This document shows, piece by piece, positions 8,939 through 18,838 of a DNA stretch of 64,000 nt (position 1 is the stretch's first letter; each line of letters starts with the position of its first letter). The notes under the pieces were generated by a model. That model searched no databases. It was not told where the DNA came from and was given only the letters and a program-made list of their open reading frames with translations. The DNA comes from an uncultured Candidatus Saccharibacteria bacterium (GTDB lineage Bacteria > Patescibacteriota > Minisyncoccia > Phycocordibacterales > CAIZLB01): positions 14,384-78,383 of the forward strand of contig CAYVEK010000002.1 in the NCBI GenBank assembly GCA_964450605.1, given 5' to 3'. Both the position numbers and the translations under genes were made by a program.

Positions 8939-9295
8939 TTATTTTACACTTTCTATCTTTATTGCGAAGAATGGCTGTCGATGACCGTTCTTTACGAAAT
9001 ATTTACTTTTTTGTTTGAATTTACCTACTACGATCTTTTTTCCTCGTCCGATCTCAGCGATAGTTGCTGTAACTTTTGCGCCAGAGATATACGGAGCTCC
9101 AACTACGATAGATGATCCATCATCTGTAAGAAGTACAGAATCAAAAGTTACTGTATCACCTACTTTGTGTTCACCTAGTAGTTTTTCTACCTTTAGAGTC
9201 TCTCCAGCTCGAACTCGATACTGTTTTCCACCAGTCTTAAAGACAGCCTGAGGACCTGTAGGAGCGGTTTTTGTTGTTTTAGCGGTATTAGCCAT
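8939..9295 (-). CDS. rplU: 50S ribosomal protein L21
   Basis: AVFKTGGKQYRV..GETLKVEKL and GHRQPF. Confidence 0.96.
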   Translation of the reverse strand: MANTAKTTKTAPTGPQAVFKTGGKQYRVRAGETLKVEKLLGEHKVGDTVTFDSVLLTDDGSSIVVGAPYISGAKVTATIAEIGRGKKIVVGKFKQKSKYFVKNGHRQPFFAIKIESVK

Positions 9296-9343
9296 ATGTT
9301 CTTTGGATTATATACTATTTTACCTATTTTTGCAATAAGGGTC

Positions 9344-11998
9344 TTAGAGGACCTTTTTAAGGTATTTCCCTGTATGACTCTTAGGATTTTCAGCCACTTG
9401 CTCCGGTGTTCCTTTGGCAACCAAAGATCCACCCTGATCCCCTCCTTCTGGACCGATATCGATCAGATAATCGGCACACTTGATAAGGTCCATATTGTGC
9501 TCAATCACGACCACAGTATTTCCTTGATCAACCAGTTTTTGCAAAATCTCGATCAGTTTTCGCACATCATGATAATGCAAACCAACTGTTGGTTCATCGA
9601 GTATGTATATAGTTTTTTGTACGTGAGGTTTATATAACTCAGACGCTATTTTTACACGCTGCGCCTCTCCACCTGAAAGCGTGGTTGCTGATTGACCGAG
9701 CTCTAGATATCCAAGTCCTACTTCTTGCAAAGTTTTAACACGATCATAAATACCTGGAACATCTTCAAAGAATGTTACAGCTTCCTCAACTGTCATACGC
9801 AAGATGTCGTAAATACTTTTCTTTTTGTATTTAACTTCGAGAGTTTCTTTCATGAATCGTTTACCCTGACACACATCACATGTCACAAACACAGTTGGCA
9901 AGAAATGCATCTCAACTTCTATAGCTCCATTTCCCTGACACGTCTCACATCGTCCACCTTTTACGTTAAATGAAAATCGTCCCGACTCCCATCCACGTGC
10001 TTTTGCCTCAACAGTTTCAGCAAACATATCTCGTATATGCGTGAAGGCTCCAGTATATGTTGCAGGGTTTGAACGCGGTGTTCGTCCGATCGGCGATTGG
10101 TCGATCAATATAGTTCGGCCGAGATATTCTGTACCGGTAAATGATGCACAGTTATATAGTTGTGCAGTTCTATGTTCTCTATCAAGTTTACCTAATAAGT
10201 TTTTATACAAAATCTCATATACAAAAGAAGACTTTCCTGAACCTGATACTCCAGTAACACATACAAGTTTTCCAAGTGGTATGTCTACATTTAGATTTTG
10301 AATGTTATTAACTTTTCCACCAGCAATCTTAATACTTCCTTTATCAACTGTTCGACGATGTTCTGGAACTTCTATCTTGTGTTCACCTCGTAGATAATCG
10401 AGCGTAAGTGATCCTGTGAAAGATTGTGGATCTGCTACGTCTTTATTTACAGGTAGTGATTTTATAGGATCCTTTAGGAGCTTATCGAGATATCCAGCTA
10501 CAACAACATTTCCTCCATGAACACCTGCACCTGGGCCAATATCAACTAAATAATCAGCTTCAAGGATAGTGTCTTCATCATGTTCCACAACAATCACTGT
10601 ATTACCCATCTCTTTAAGTTGTACCAAAGTTTTGATCAAGCGATCATTATCTCGTTGATGTAGACCGATAGTTGGTTCATCAAGTACATACATAGCACCT
10701 ACAAGCCCAGAACCTAACTGTGACGCAAGCCGAATACGTTGTGATTCTCCACCTGAAAGCGTATGTGCTCGACGATTAAGTTGTAGATAATCCAGACCAA
10801 CTTCATGCAAGAATTCAAGTCGAGAAATAATCTCTTTTACAATAACGGCTGATATCTCTTTTTCTATAGGAGTTAGATCTAAACCAAGAAACCAATCAAT
10901 AGCTTCTCGTATAGTCATAGCAGTCATGTCTATGACATTTACTTTTTTAATAGATACATGTAAGGCTTCAGGTCGAAGACGTGCACCGTTACACACTTTA
11001 CACACACGATTTACAAAAAAACTATCTGTGCCAAGACCATTACACTCCGGACATGCTCCGTATGGAGAGTTGAAAGAAAACAATCGAGGTTCTATCTCTG
11101 GAAATGAGAAACCATCTTTTGGACACATGAACTTTGAAGATATAAGATGATCTTCTTTTTCTGTAGTAATACGAAGCAATCCATCTGTCTCATGAAGAGC
11201 TCGTTCTATAGCTTCACTCAAACGTTCATTGAAACTCTGTGATGGTGTATGTATTTCTGTTACATAAAACTGATCGATCAGAACGTCGATATTGTGTTTT
11301 TTATTTTTATCAATAGAAATACGCTCTCGTAGTTTGTGAGTTACTCCATCGATGCGAACTTCTTCATATCCTTTTCCTAGAAAATCATACAGCATCTGAT
11401 AATACTCACCCTTTCGTCCTATCACAACTGGTGCATATATCTTAAACATCTGATTGTCTATCACAACACCCATGACAGATTTTTTCTTTGTTGTTTTCTT
11501 TTCTTTAACAGGTGTATCAGTATCAAGTCCGTGAACTATATGATGTATCGTATCAATAATCTGTTCTTTAGAAAGTTTTTTAATCTCATCACCACAAATC
11601 AAACAATGAGGTTTACCAATACGTGCATACAAAATACGCAAATAGTCATATATCTCAGTTATGGTCGCAACTGTTGAACGAGGGTTATTTGATCGAGATT
11701 TTTGATCGATAGAAATAGCTGGAGAAAGTCCTGTGATCTCATCCACATCAGGCTTTTGCATTTGTCGCAAAAACTGTCGTGCATATGAAGACAAAGACTC
11801 AACATAACGTCGTTGTCCTTCAGCAAAAATAGTATCAAAAGCAAGAGATGACTTTCCTGATCCTGAAAGACCAGTGATAACTGTCATAGTGTTACGTGGG
11901 ATTTCGAGTGAAATATTCTTCAGATTGTGAGTCCGGGCACCTTTGATAACAATTTTTTCTTCGTGATTTGTATCACGTTGTTTCTTTGTGTTTGCCAT
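9344..11998 (-). CDS. uvrA: Excinuclease ABC subunit A (short form)
   Basis: Two ABC cassettes (GLSGSGKSS and GVSGSGKSS; LSGGESQR and LSGGEAQR), [12 protein letters not shown], zinc fingers. Confidence 0.98.
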   Translation of the reverse strand: MANTKKQRDTNHEEKIVIKGARTHNLKNISLEIPRNTMTVITGLSGSGKSSLAFDTIFAEGQRRYVESLSSYARQFLRQMQKPDVDEITGLSPAISIDQKSRSNNPRSTVATITEIYDYLRILYARIGKPHCLICGDEIKKLSKEQIIDTIHHIVHGLDTDTPVKEKKTTKKKSVMGVVIDNQMFKIYAPVVIGRKGEYYQMLYDFLGKGYEEVRIDGVTHKLRERISIDKNKKHNIDVLIDQFYVTEIHTPSQSFNERLSEAIERALHETDGLLRITTEKEDHLISSKFMCPKDGFSFPEIEPRLFSFNSPYGACPECNGLGTDSFFVNRVCKVCNGARLRPEALHVSIKKVNVIDMTAMTIREAIDWFLGLDLTPIEKEISAVIVKEIISRLEFLHEVGLDYLQLNRRAHTLSGGESQRIRLASQLGSGLVGAMYVLDEPTIGLHQRDNDRLIKTLVQLKEMGNTVIVVEHDEDTILEADYLVDIGPGAGVHGGNVVVAGYLDKLLKDPIKSLPVNKDVADPQSFTGSLTLDYLRGEHKIEVPEHRRTVDKGSIKIAGGKVNNIQNLNVDIPLGKLVCVTGVSGSGKSSFVYEILYKNLLGKLDREHRTAQLYNCASFTGTEYLGRTILIDQSPIGRTPRSNPATYTGAFTHIRDMFAETVEAKARGWESGRFSFNVKGGRCETCQGNGAIEVEMHFLPTVFVTCDVCQGKRFMKETLEVKYKKKSIYDILRMTVEEAVTFFEDVPGIYDRVKTLQEVGLGYLELGQSATTLSGGEAQRVKIASELYKPHVQKTIYILDEPTVGLHYHDVRKLIEILQKLVDQGNTVVVIEHNMDLIKCADYLIDIGPEGGDQGGSLVAKGTPEQVAENPKSHTGKYLKKVL

Positions 11999-12031
11999 AT
12001 ATTAAGCTTCGATTATACAGTGTTTTGTATG

Positions 12032-12092
12032 AAAAAACCACCCTCAGGGCTGGACCGGTTTTGAGACGGTCTAGTAGGGTCCCTGGGGTGGT
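12032..12092 (-). terminator. Long interrupted hairpin terminator after the adenylate-kinase-like gene
   Basis: Minus strand ACCACCCCAGGG...CTAGACCG-tctcaaaac-CGGTCCAG..CCCTGAGGGTGGT followed by a T run. Confidence 0.75.
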
Positions 12093-12114
12093 ATCGTGGT
12101 GGTGGGTGGAAGGT

Positions 12115-12786
12115 TCAGGCGGCGGCTGGTCGGCTTTGCTGCCATTCTTCAAAGTAAGCCTCGACGGCAGACTTATGGAAAGGCAACCGGAAACGGCGAC
12201 AAATACGCAGAACCCTGTCGAGAGGTTTCCTGGTTGCCGACACATCAAAGTGTTCGAGGCCGTTTTCGCCCATAATCCTGACGAGTTCCTGCTCAAGTTG
12301 CTGATGGTGTCTGAAGCGTTTGATGTGCGTATCACGTTCCGCATCTTCTCTGCCAGCCCTGTCTTCGGCAGACAGAGTTTCTTCAAAGCGCCGGATTGAA
12401 TCATCTTCCTGCATTCTGAAGAAGACACCTTTTGGTTGCGGAAGATTGTGCTTCTTCAAAAAGGCAATGAGAAGTCGGAGCTGTTCCCCCGTACGGCCGA
12501 GACCGTCGAGGATAAGGACTTGTGTTTCCAGAGGGAACGAGAAAAAAGGCTCAACAACTTGTTTATGCATCACTTCGTCGGGAAGATATTCTCCACGCCT
12601 CTGCAAAGCTGTAGCCATCGCGTCAAAACCTGAGTCTTCTCGCTTTTTAAAACCGATCATCTTACGAGCCTCCAGAGTGTGGGATGGGGCCGTAAGGCCC
12701 GCGACGATTCCCTTTGCAGTGGAACCCTTACCGGAGACAGGGGGGCCGAACATCAAAACTACATGCTGAACTTTATTATTTTTCAC
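12115..12786 (-). CDS. Divergent adenylate/nucleoside-monophosphate kinase-like protein
   Basis: P-loop GPPVSGKGS, GEYLPDE, ILDGLGRT (cf. DGFPRT), GREDA. Start moved to GTG 12786 because the upstream part of the ORF spans a terminator and a promoter. Confidence 0.75.
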   Translation of the reverse strand: MKNNKVQHVVLMFGPPVSGKGSTAKGIVAGLTAPSHTLEARKMIGFKKREDSGFDAMATALQRRGEYLPDEVMHKQVVEPFFSFPLETQVLILDGLGRTGEQLRLLIAFLKKHNLPQPKGVFFRMQEDDSIRRFEETLSAEDRAGREDAERDTHIKRFRHHQQLEQELVRIMGENGLEHFDVSATRKPLDRVLRICRRFRLPFHKSAVEAYFEEWQQSRPAAA

Positions 12787-12839
12787 TTTGTTTATCTTTT
12801 GGTTGAGAGGAATTTCGCTGACTACGTTGTCAAACGAAA

Positions 12840-12877
12840 AGACACACGTCATTGTGCATCCATGTACGTTTATACCA
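12840..12877 (-). promoter_or_regulatory. Extended -10 promoter plus +1 hairpin with AATGAC loop
   Basis: TGgTATAAA, 7 nt, GGATGCAC-aatgac-GTGTGTCT. Confidence 0.6.
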
Positions 12878-12886
12878 CAGATATAT

Positions 12887-12940
12887 AAAAAAAGAAAACC
12901 CGCCAGGCAGTAGTTGAGATACTGTTGGTCCTGGACGGGT
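12887..12940 (-). terminator. Long hairpin terminator
   Basis: Minus strand ACCCGTCCAGG-accaa-CAGTA-tctcaac-TACTG-CCTGGCGGGT followed by TTTCTTTTTTT. Confidence 0.75.
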
Positions 12941-12962
12941 GGTGGTCTTTGTTGGTGTGAGT

Positions 12963-13136
12963 TCATGGCGGTTGTGAGGTTTCGGAAAGAGACGAATGAG
13001 AATTTTGAGGTTGGGGCTGTTCACCCTTACCCTCTTTTTCCCTATGTCTATCCTTAACCTCATCATCCATTGTCGTGACCGGATGGTCAGGACCATGAAC
13101 TATCGTGTGCAACAAAGCCTTGTCGAGTGGGCTCAT
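12963..13136 (-). CDS. Small hydrophilic orphan protein (57 aa), tentative
   Basis: MSPLDKALLHTIVHGPDHPVTTMDDEVKDRHREKEGKGEQPQPQNSHSSLSETSQPP fits between a promoter/leader hairpin and a terminator; no recognisable motif. Confidence 0.45.
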   Translation of the reverse strand: MSPLDKALLHTIVHGPDHPVTTMDDEVKDRHREKEGKGEQPQPQNSHSSLSETSQPP

Positions 13137-13152
13137 AGTGCATGTGTGGTTA

Positions 13153-13210
13153 GGAACAGCGTCATTGCTATTCCCGAACAAACTATATCATCTTAAAAAC
13201 CCCATGACAA
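13153..13210 (-). promoter_or_regulatory. Sigma70 promoter plus +1 hairpin with AATGAC loop
   Basis: TTGTCA-17 nt-TATAGT with extended TG, then 7 nt, then GGAATAGC-aatgac-GCTGTTCC. Confidence 0.7.
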
Positions 13211-15403
13211 CTACTTGTCCTTCCGCTTTGTCACCCCACCCTTTTTGCCTATTTTTACATCTACTATATGCTTAGGCTCCATCTTGGGCATATATTCTTT
13301 TACCTTTTTATCCCCTTTCTTTTTCATATCAGCAAAACCTGTTTTCTTTTCTTTAGGAGTTTCTAGCATCTTACCCAATGCTTTTATCTCATCACGCAAA
13401 AGCGCCGCAGTTTCAAAATCAAGAATAGCCACGGCATCATTCATCTCTTTGTCTTTTGTTTTTATAAGTGCTTTTACTTTTTTCTCAAGCTCTTTTGGTT
13501 TTATATTTTTAATATCCTCAAGACTGTCAACACCTAAATCAAGAGTTAGATCTTTTCGTACGCTTTTCTCATGTGTATTTTCTATAGCCTCTGTTATATC
13601 GTGTATATGTTTTTTAATAGTCTGTGGAGTTATACCATGCTCTTTGTTGTATGCAAGTTGTATTGTTCTTCGACGTTCAGTTTCATCGATAGCACCCTGT
13701 AGAGAGTTTGTCATATGATCAGCATAGAGAATAACTCGACCTCCAACGTTTCGAGCAGCTCGACCGATAGTTTGTATGAGAGATGTTTTTGAGCGCAAAA
13801 ATCCTTCTTTATCAGCATCCAATATACCAATCAAAGAAACCTCAGGAAGATCCAAACCTTCTCGAAGCAGGTTAACTCCAACGAGCACATCGAACTCGCC
13901 TTTTCGTAGTTCTGTCAGTATCTGAATACGTTCAAGCGTATCAACATCACTATGTAGATATCTAGTTTTTATTTGTTTATCTTTTAAAAATTCACTTAAG
14001 TCTTCAGCCATCTTTTTTGTCAAAGTTGTAGCCAAAGCTCGCTCACCTTTAGCAATAGTTTTTTCTACTTCAGCTATAAAATCATATATTTGACCTTGAT
14101 ACTCCCCGCTTGCGATCACCGGTCGAACAACCAGTTCTGGATCAATAAGACCTGTTGGTCGTATAATCTGCTCTACTACTTGTTCTGAGGCTTTTAATTC
14201 AAATTCTCCAGGTGTAGCCGATACATAAACAGTCTGCCCAACACGAGCTTCAAACTCAGGAAACTTGAGCGGACGGTTATCGGCAGCTGACGGTAATCTA
14301 AAACCAAAATCTATCAGGTTTTTCTTTCGTGATGCGTCTCCTGCATACATACCATTTAACTGAGGAACTGTTACGTGAGATTCGTCGATGATAGTTAAAA
14401 AGTCTGAAGGAAAATATGAAAGCAAGGTCTCAGCCGCCTCACCTGCTTTTTTTCCAGCAAAATGTCTTGAGTAGTTTTCTATACCATTGCAATATCCAAC
14501 CTCTCGAATCAAAGCAAGATCATAATTTGTTCTTCGTTTAAGTCGTTCATACTCGATAACTTTTCCTTGTTCTTTAAGTACAGCCAACCTCTCATCAAGT
14601 TCATGTTTTATATCTTCAACTGCACGAAGCCTCTCATCTTCTGGGGTAACAAAATGTTTGGCTGGGAAAATATAATAAGCATCTAAATCATCATTTTTTA
14701 TAGATCGAGTAATATGATCTATCTCTTCGATACGCGAGATAGTATCACCAAGAAATGAGATACGGATAATAACCCTGTCGTTTGTTGGCATAATCTCAAG
14801 TGTATTTCCAAGTGCACGAAATGTTCCAGGTGTTAAATCACCTGAAGTACGCGTAAAATATACATGTATAAGTTTTCGAGTAAGTTCTGCTCTATCAAGC
14901 TTCGCACCTCGTTTCATTGGAATATGTACTTTTTCATATTCCTCTGGAGAACCCAAACCATAAATACATGATACAGATGCAACTATGATAACATCGGAAC
15001 GTGTCAAAAGTGCCTGCGTTGAGGCGTGTCGAAGTCGATCAATCTCTTCGTTAATCTGTGCCTCCTTTTCTATATACGTGTCACTGGCTGATATATACGC
15101 TTCTGGCTGATAGTAATCGTAATACGATACAAAATAGTGTACTGCATTATCTGGAAAAAATTCTTTAAACTCTTGAGCAAGTTGAGCTGCAAGTGTTTTG
15201 TTGTGTGCGATAACCAAGGTTGGTTTTTGAACTTCAGCTATTACATTGGCCATAGTAAAAGTCTTTCCTGTTCCGGTGGCACCAAGAAGTGTCTGTTTAT
15301 GCATTCCCTGCTTTAACCCTTTAACAAGTGCTTCTATTGCTTTAGGCTGATCTCCTGCAGGTTTATGTGAATGTTTTATGGAAAAAGGTTTATCTATTCG
15401 CAT
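13211..15403 (-). CDS. uvrB: Excinuclease ABC subunit B
   Basis: PAGDQP, GATGTGKT, HNKTLAAQL, YYDYYQPEAY, DESH, NLLREGLDLPEV, QTIGRAARN; Lys-rich C-terminal tail. Confidence 0.98.
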   Translation of the reverse strand: MRIDKPFSIKHSHKPAGDQPKAIEALVKGLKQGMHKQTLLGATGTGKTFTMANVIAEVQKPTLVIAHNKTLAAQLAQEFKEFFPDNAVHYFVSYYDYYQPEAYISASDTYIEKEAQINEEIDRLRHASTQALLTRSDVIIVASVSCIYGLGSPEEYEKVHIPMKRGAKLDRAELTRKLIHVYFTRTSGDLTPGTFRALGNTLEIMPTNDRVIIRISFLGDTISRIEEIDHITRSIKNDDLDAYYIFPAKHFVTPEDERLRAVEDIKHELDERLAVLKEQGKVIEYERLKRRTNYDLALIREVGYCNGIENYSRHFAGKKAGEAAETLLSYFPSDFLTIIDESHVTVPQLNGMYAGDASRKKNLIDFGFRLPSAADNRPLKFPEFEARVGQTVYVSATPGEFELKASEQVVEQIIRPTGLIDPELVVRPVIASGEYQGQIYDFIAEVEKTIAKGERALATTLTKKMAEDLSEFLKDKQIKTRYLHSDVDTLERIQILTELRKGEFDVLVGVNLLREGLDLPEVSLIGILDADKEGFLRSKTSLIQTIGRAARNVGGRVILYADHMTNSLQGAIDETERRRTIQLAYNKEHGITPQTIKKHIHDITEAIENTHEKSVRKDLTLDLGVDSLEDIKNIKPKELEKKVKALIKTKDKEMNDAVAILDFETAALLRDEIKALGKMLETPKEKKTGFADMKKKGDKKVKEYMPKMEPKHIVDVKIGKKGGVTKRKDK

Positions 15404-15422
15404 ATGACTTTTTTATACTTTT

Positions 15423-16055
15423 TTATACACTTAGCCTTGCCCGTCGTTTCTTATGTCTATATACAAAAAATCCACAAATAGCAAGGATAACAGCTACAAC
15501 AATACTCGCCTCAGAAACATATGACTCTATTGTCCGAGCATAGCTACCAAAGAAATATCCAGCAACAAGATATATGGTTGCCCACAAACACGCGCTTAAA
15601 ATATTCCAAAAGAGAAAACGTTTAATACTCATACGAATACTTCCAGCAACAAGAGGAACTATTGGTCGAATAGGACCAACAAAACGTCCTACAAAAATAC
15701 TCTTACCTCCATGCTTACTAAAGAAACCTCTTCCTTGTTCTATATGAACCTCTTTGAGTATTTTTTTATGACGAATAAGCCACGCTCCTCCATATCTACC
15801 TATGGCATATCCTATAAGATCTCCCAACACTCCACCTATAGCTGCAACAAGGATGATTACACCAAGATTTGTTCCATTTATAAAAGCAGCATATCCAAAC
15901 AAAAGCAAAAATAACGTTCCCGGAGTAAGCGTTCCTACGATAGGGGTCGACTCTAAAAGAGCTGCCAGAAATACTACAGGCACAAGATAATCTCCAAGAT
16001 ACATTGACCCATCTTCAATGTACCGCATAGCTATGTCTATATAGTGATGAATCAT
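15423..16055 (-). CDS. DedA family membrane protein
   Basis: LES.P..G...PG, GDLIGYAIGR, FVGRFVGPIRPIVPLVAG. Confidence 0.92.
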   Translation of the reverse strand: MIHHYIDIAMRYIEDGSMYLGDYLVPVVFLAALLESTPIVGTLTPGTLFLLLFGYAAFINGTNLGVIILVAAIGGVLGDLIGYAIGRYGGAWLIRHKKILKEVHIEQGRGFFSKHGGKSIFVGRFVGPIRPIVPLVAGSIRMSIKRFLFWNILSACLWATIYLVAGYFFGSYARTIESYVSEASIVVAVILAICGFFVYRHKKRRARLSV

Positions 16056-16067
16056 AAATATGATCTA

Positions 16068-17279
16068 TTATAACACACCTGGTGTATATCTGTTTGATGC
16101 GTTCCATAATAAGAAACTTTTCACACCAAGATCATCGAGTGCTTTTATCTGAGCCTTTACCTCAGGAGCGTTATACACTACTCCGTATATACTAAAATCT
16201 TGTAGCCAAGGCCTCATCATCATCTGCGCTGAAGATGTGCTCATAGTTGAATACATACGCACAAGCCCTTGTCGTGTTGATTCATAAATAGTTTGATACG
16301 GATTTCTATTTGTATCAGCTATACCTCCCCATCGTTTAGGAAAATGTGATGGATAAATCATTGGAGAAATAAAGTCTACGTTTGGCACAAAATCATCGAG
16401 ATGTTGCCCAATAGTTAAATCGTCAGGATTTGTTAGAACCATACCAAATACATCAGCTGACAGAGGAATGTCTTTAAGACCCGTTCTCATGTATGAGAGA
16501 AAATCTCGTATAGTTGCCCGTCTTCGTTGTGTAGGTGTTGAACTAGCAGACAGACCAACTTTTTCAAGTGGAGCATATTCATATCGAAGAATTGACATAT
16601 TTCCATCAGATGGATATCGAATATAATCGAGTTGTATCTCATCAAATCCTCGAGCGTAGACGGCGAGCGCCAGATCTTTGATATATGCACGAGTCTTCTC
16701 TTCATGGGGCGCGAGCCAATAGTTACCGCCTTTATCTCGCCATGGATTACCCTGTGTATCCATAACAGCCAAAGATGTATCTTGTTTTACAAAACATGCA
16801 TCTCGAAATACTGCAACACGAGCTATAACATATATACCCATATCATGATATTCTTGTATTCTTTTTTCTAACTGTTCTTTTGAGATACTAGCTTGAACAC
16901 ATGGGTGATCATAACCTATGTCATACATGATGGTTCCTGGTGCATCTTTGATATCAACAACGATTGCGTTTATAGATGTTTCTTTAAGGAGTTTTTTTAA
17001 ACGATCGTGAAATGAAGGTGTGACAAAACTAAAAGCACTGACATAAATACCTCGAACAGCTTCGGGTGTTTTAATATGTGTTGCAACAGGTTCTGGAGCA
17101 AGGGCTTGTTGTACAGGAGCCTCTTCCACCTCACCTTTTACTTCTTGTTTCTTTAACAAGTCTTCATTGATAGGTTTTAAACTAGAATCACCTGTATAGG
17201 TAATACCTACAAACAGTAAACTCACAGCGATCAAAATACCTATAAATGTTTTAACTGGGAACGGTGAATCTCTACGCAT
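16068..17279 (-). CDS. Membrane-anchored putative glycoside hydrolase (DUF4015-like TIM barrel)
   Basis: N-terminal TM; VRGIYV, NAIVVDIKD, GFDEIQLDYIRYP, SPMIYPSHF, RPWLQDF. Confidence 0.8.
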   Translation of the reverse strand: MRRDSPFPVKTFIGILIAVSLLFVGITYTGDSSLKPINEDLLKKQEVKGEVEEAPVQQALAPEPVATHIKTPEAVRGIYVSAFSFVTPSFHDRLKKLLKETSINAIVVDIKDAPGTIMYDIGYDHPCVQASISKEQLEKRIQEYHDMGIYVIARVAVFRDACFVKQDTSLAVMDTQGNPWRDKGGNYWLAPHEEKTRAYIKDLALAVYARGFDEIQLDYIRYPSDGNMSILRYEYAPLEKVGLSASSTPTQRRRATIRDFLSYMRTGLKDIPLSADVFGMVLTNPDDLTIGQHLDDFVPNVDFISPMIYPSHFPKRWGGIADTNRNPYQTIYESTRQGLVRMYSTMSTSSAQMMMRPWLQDFSIYGVVYNAPEVKAQIKALDDLGVKSFLLWNASNRYTPGVL

Positions 17280-17288
17280 ATATGTATA

Positions 17289-17999
17289 TCATATACGTAA
17301 CTTTTGAATTATCAAAACGAATTCGCCTCGAACTGTTTCTGGGCAGCTTGTGACATAATCCAACATATCTGACGGGGACCCTACTCGTATATCCTCATAC
17401 ATCTTAGTAAGTTCTCTACCAACCACCAGTGATAACGTCATCGTTTCAGACTCTCGAGACTTTAATTCTTCCAATAACTTGATGTATCGATGCGGAGACT
17501 CATACAACACGATAGTATATGGATAATCTAGCAATTCATCCAATATTTTCTGTCTTCCTTTTTTATGAGGCAAGAAACCATAAAATAAAAATGGAGTTTC
17601 TCGCAACCCTGAGACTGACATAAGTGTAGTTATGGCCGAGGCTCCGGGGATGGGTACTATAGATATATCAACATCAGCCTGACGAGCTCGACCAACTAGG
17701 AGGCCTGCAGGGTCAGAAATACCCGGAGTTCCTGCATCAGAAACAAAAGCTACATTTTTACCTTCTTCAAGATCAGCAATGACGCTATCAACTTTTGCCG
17801 AGTTAGCAAATTCATTGAGCGGAATAAGCTTTTTGCCTTCTATGCCATGTATTGCGAGAAGCTTTGATATAACTCGAGTATCTTCAGCACAGATAAGATC
17901 AACAGTTTTAAGTATTTCCAAAGCACGCAATGTGATATCTGCACTATTACCTATTGGAGTCGCTACTATATAAAGTATCCCTGTTTTTATATCTGCCAT
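17289..17999 (-). CDS. rsmI: 16S rRNA (cytidine1402-2'-O)-methyltransferase
   Basis: LYIVATPIGN, AEDTR, SDAGTPGISDP, YESPHR, RELTKMYE; start at ATG 17999; TGA stop. Confidence 0.95.
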   Translation of the reverse strand: MADIKTGILYIVATPIGNSADITLRALEILKTVDLICAEDTRVISKLLAIHGIEGKKLIPLNEFANSAKVDSVIADLEEGKNVAFVSDAGTPGISDPAGLLVGRARQADVDISIVPIPGASAITTLMSVSGLRETPFLFYGFLPHKKGRQKILDELLDYPYTIVLYESPHRYIKLLEELKSRESETMTLSLVVGRELTKMYEDIRVGSPSDMLDYVTSCPETVRGEFVLIIQKLRI

Positions 18000-18012
18000 A
18001 TATACTCTTAGA

Positions 18013-18813
18013 CTAATACGAAGCAGGGACACTTGCAAATCCATCTCGAGTCACCACAACATGATCAAGAAGAGATATGCCGAGCACCTTTCCGGCTTCA
18101 ACTATCTGTTCTGTTATAAAAATATCAGACTGACTAGGTGTTGAAACACCTGACGGATGATTGTGTACCAGTATCACAGCTGCAGCACTATACTCTATAG
18201 CAGGCTTAAAAACTTCCCGTGGATGAACCATGCTCGCGTTCACTGTTCCTATCGATAAAACCTCATCATGTATAACTTTGTGATGCGTATCAAGATATAA
18301 ACCACGCAACTGTTCTTTAGGAAGATTGTGCATATCTCTGGTGTATTCGTATACATCTTCTGGAGTACGCAAGGTTGCAAGTCCGCTTATATTTTTACTA
18401 AACAATCTCTTTCCTATCTCACCAACAGCTAAAATCTGACAAACCTTTGACTCTGGTATATCAAACTCTCGAGCAGTATCAGAGACACTCTTTTTTGTAC
18501 CAGACAAAACACTTGTACCGTACTCTTGTATGAGACGAGCAGATATAGACATAACATCTTCTTTTTTGGTGCCCGTACCCAGAAGTACCGCAACTAACTC
18601 GATCAAACTTAAAGACTGCACTCCGTGCTTTATCATCTTTTCACGAGGCTTATACTCTGCAGGTAAATCTTTTAGCTTGTACACGTCAGAATTATTTCTG
18701 CTTAGATTTTTATAGGTGCCTGACTTATCCAACATAACAAGATCCCCATGTTCAAACTGAACATATGGGGATAGTATCTTGTTTTCTTTTTTACTTTTAG
18801 TCTGTGAAGTCAC
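18013..18813 (-). CDS. radC: RadC family protein (JAB domain)
   Basis: PREK, LLGTG, VHPREVF, HNHPSG, DHVV. Confidence 0.93.
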   Translation of the reverse strand: MTSQTKSKKENKILSPYVQFEHGDLVMLDKSGTYKNLSRNNSDVYKLKDLPAEYKPREKMIKHGVQSLSLIELVAVLLGTGTKKEDVMSISARLIQEYGTSVLSGTKKSVSDTAREFDIPESKVCQILAVGEIGKRLFSKNISGLATLRTPEDVYEYTRDMHNLPKEQLRGLYLDTHHKVIHDEVLSIGTVNASMVHPREVFKPAIEYSAAAVILVHNHPSGVSTPSQSDIFITEQIVEAGKVLGISLLDHVVVTRDGFASVPASY

Positions 18814-18838
18814 AAGACTAGTATATCATGAGAGTCAA

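Noticed and set aside
12787-12966. N-terminal extension of the ADK-like ORF, and the overlapping 88-aa ORF 12830-13096
   Set aside because: Both run through a terminator and the next promoter.
12032-13210. Integron cassette array (attC sites)
   Set aside because: The hairpins lack RYYYAAC/GTTRRRY ends, end in T runs, each module has its own promoter, and no integrase is present in the window.
17775-17786. AGCAATGACGCT, a 12-nt match to the leader hairpin at 13158-13169
   Set aside because: Lies antisense inside rsmI with no promoter at the expected spacing and only a short bulged stem; treated as chance, but worth including in a genome scan.
18013-18813. radC as a marker of a mobile element
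   Set aside because: Full-length chromosomal-type RadC between rsmI and pyk with no mobility genes.
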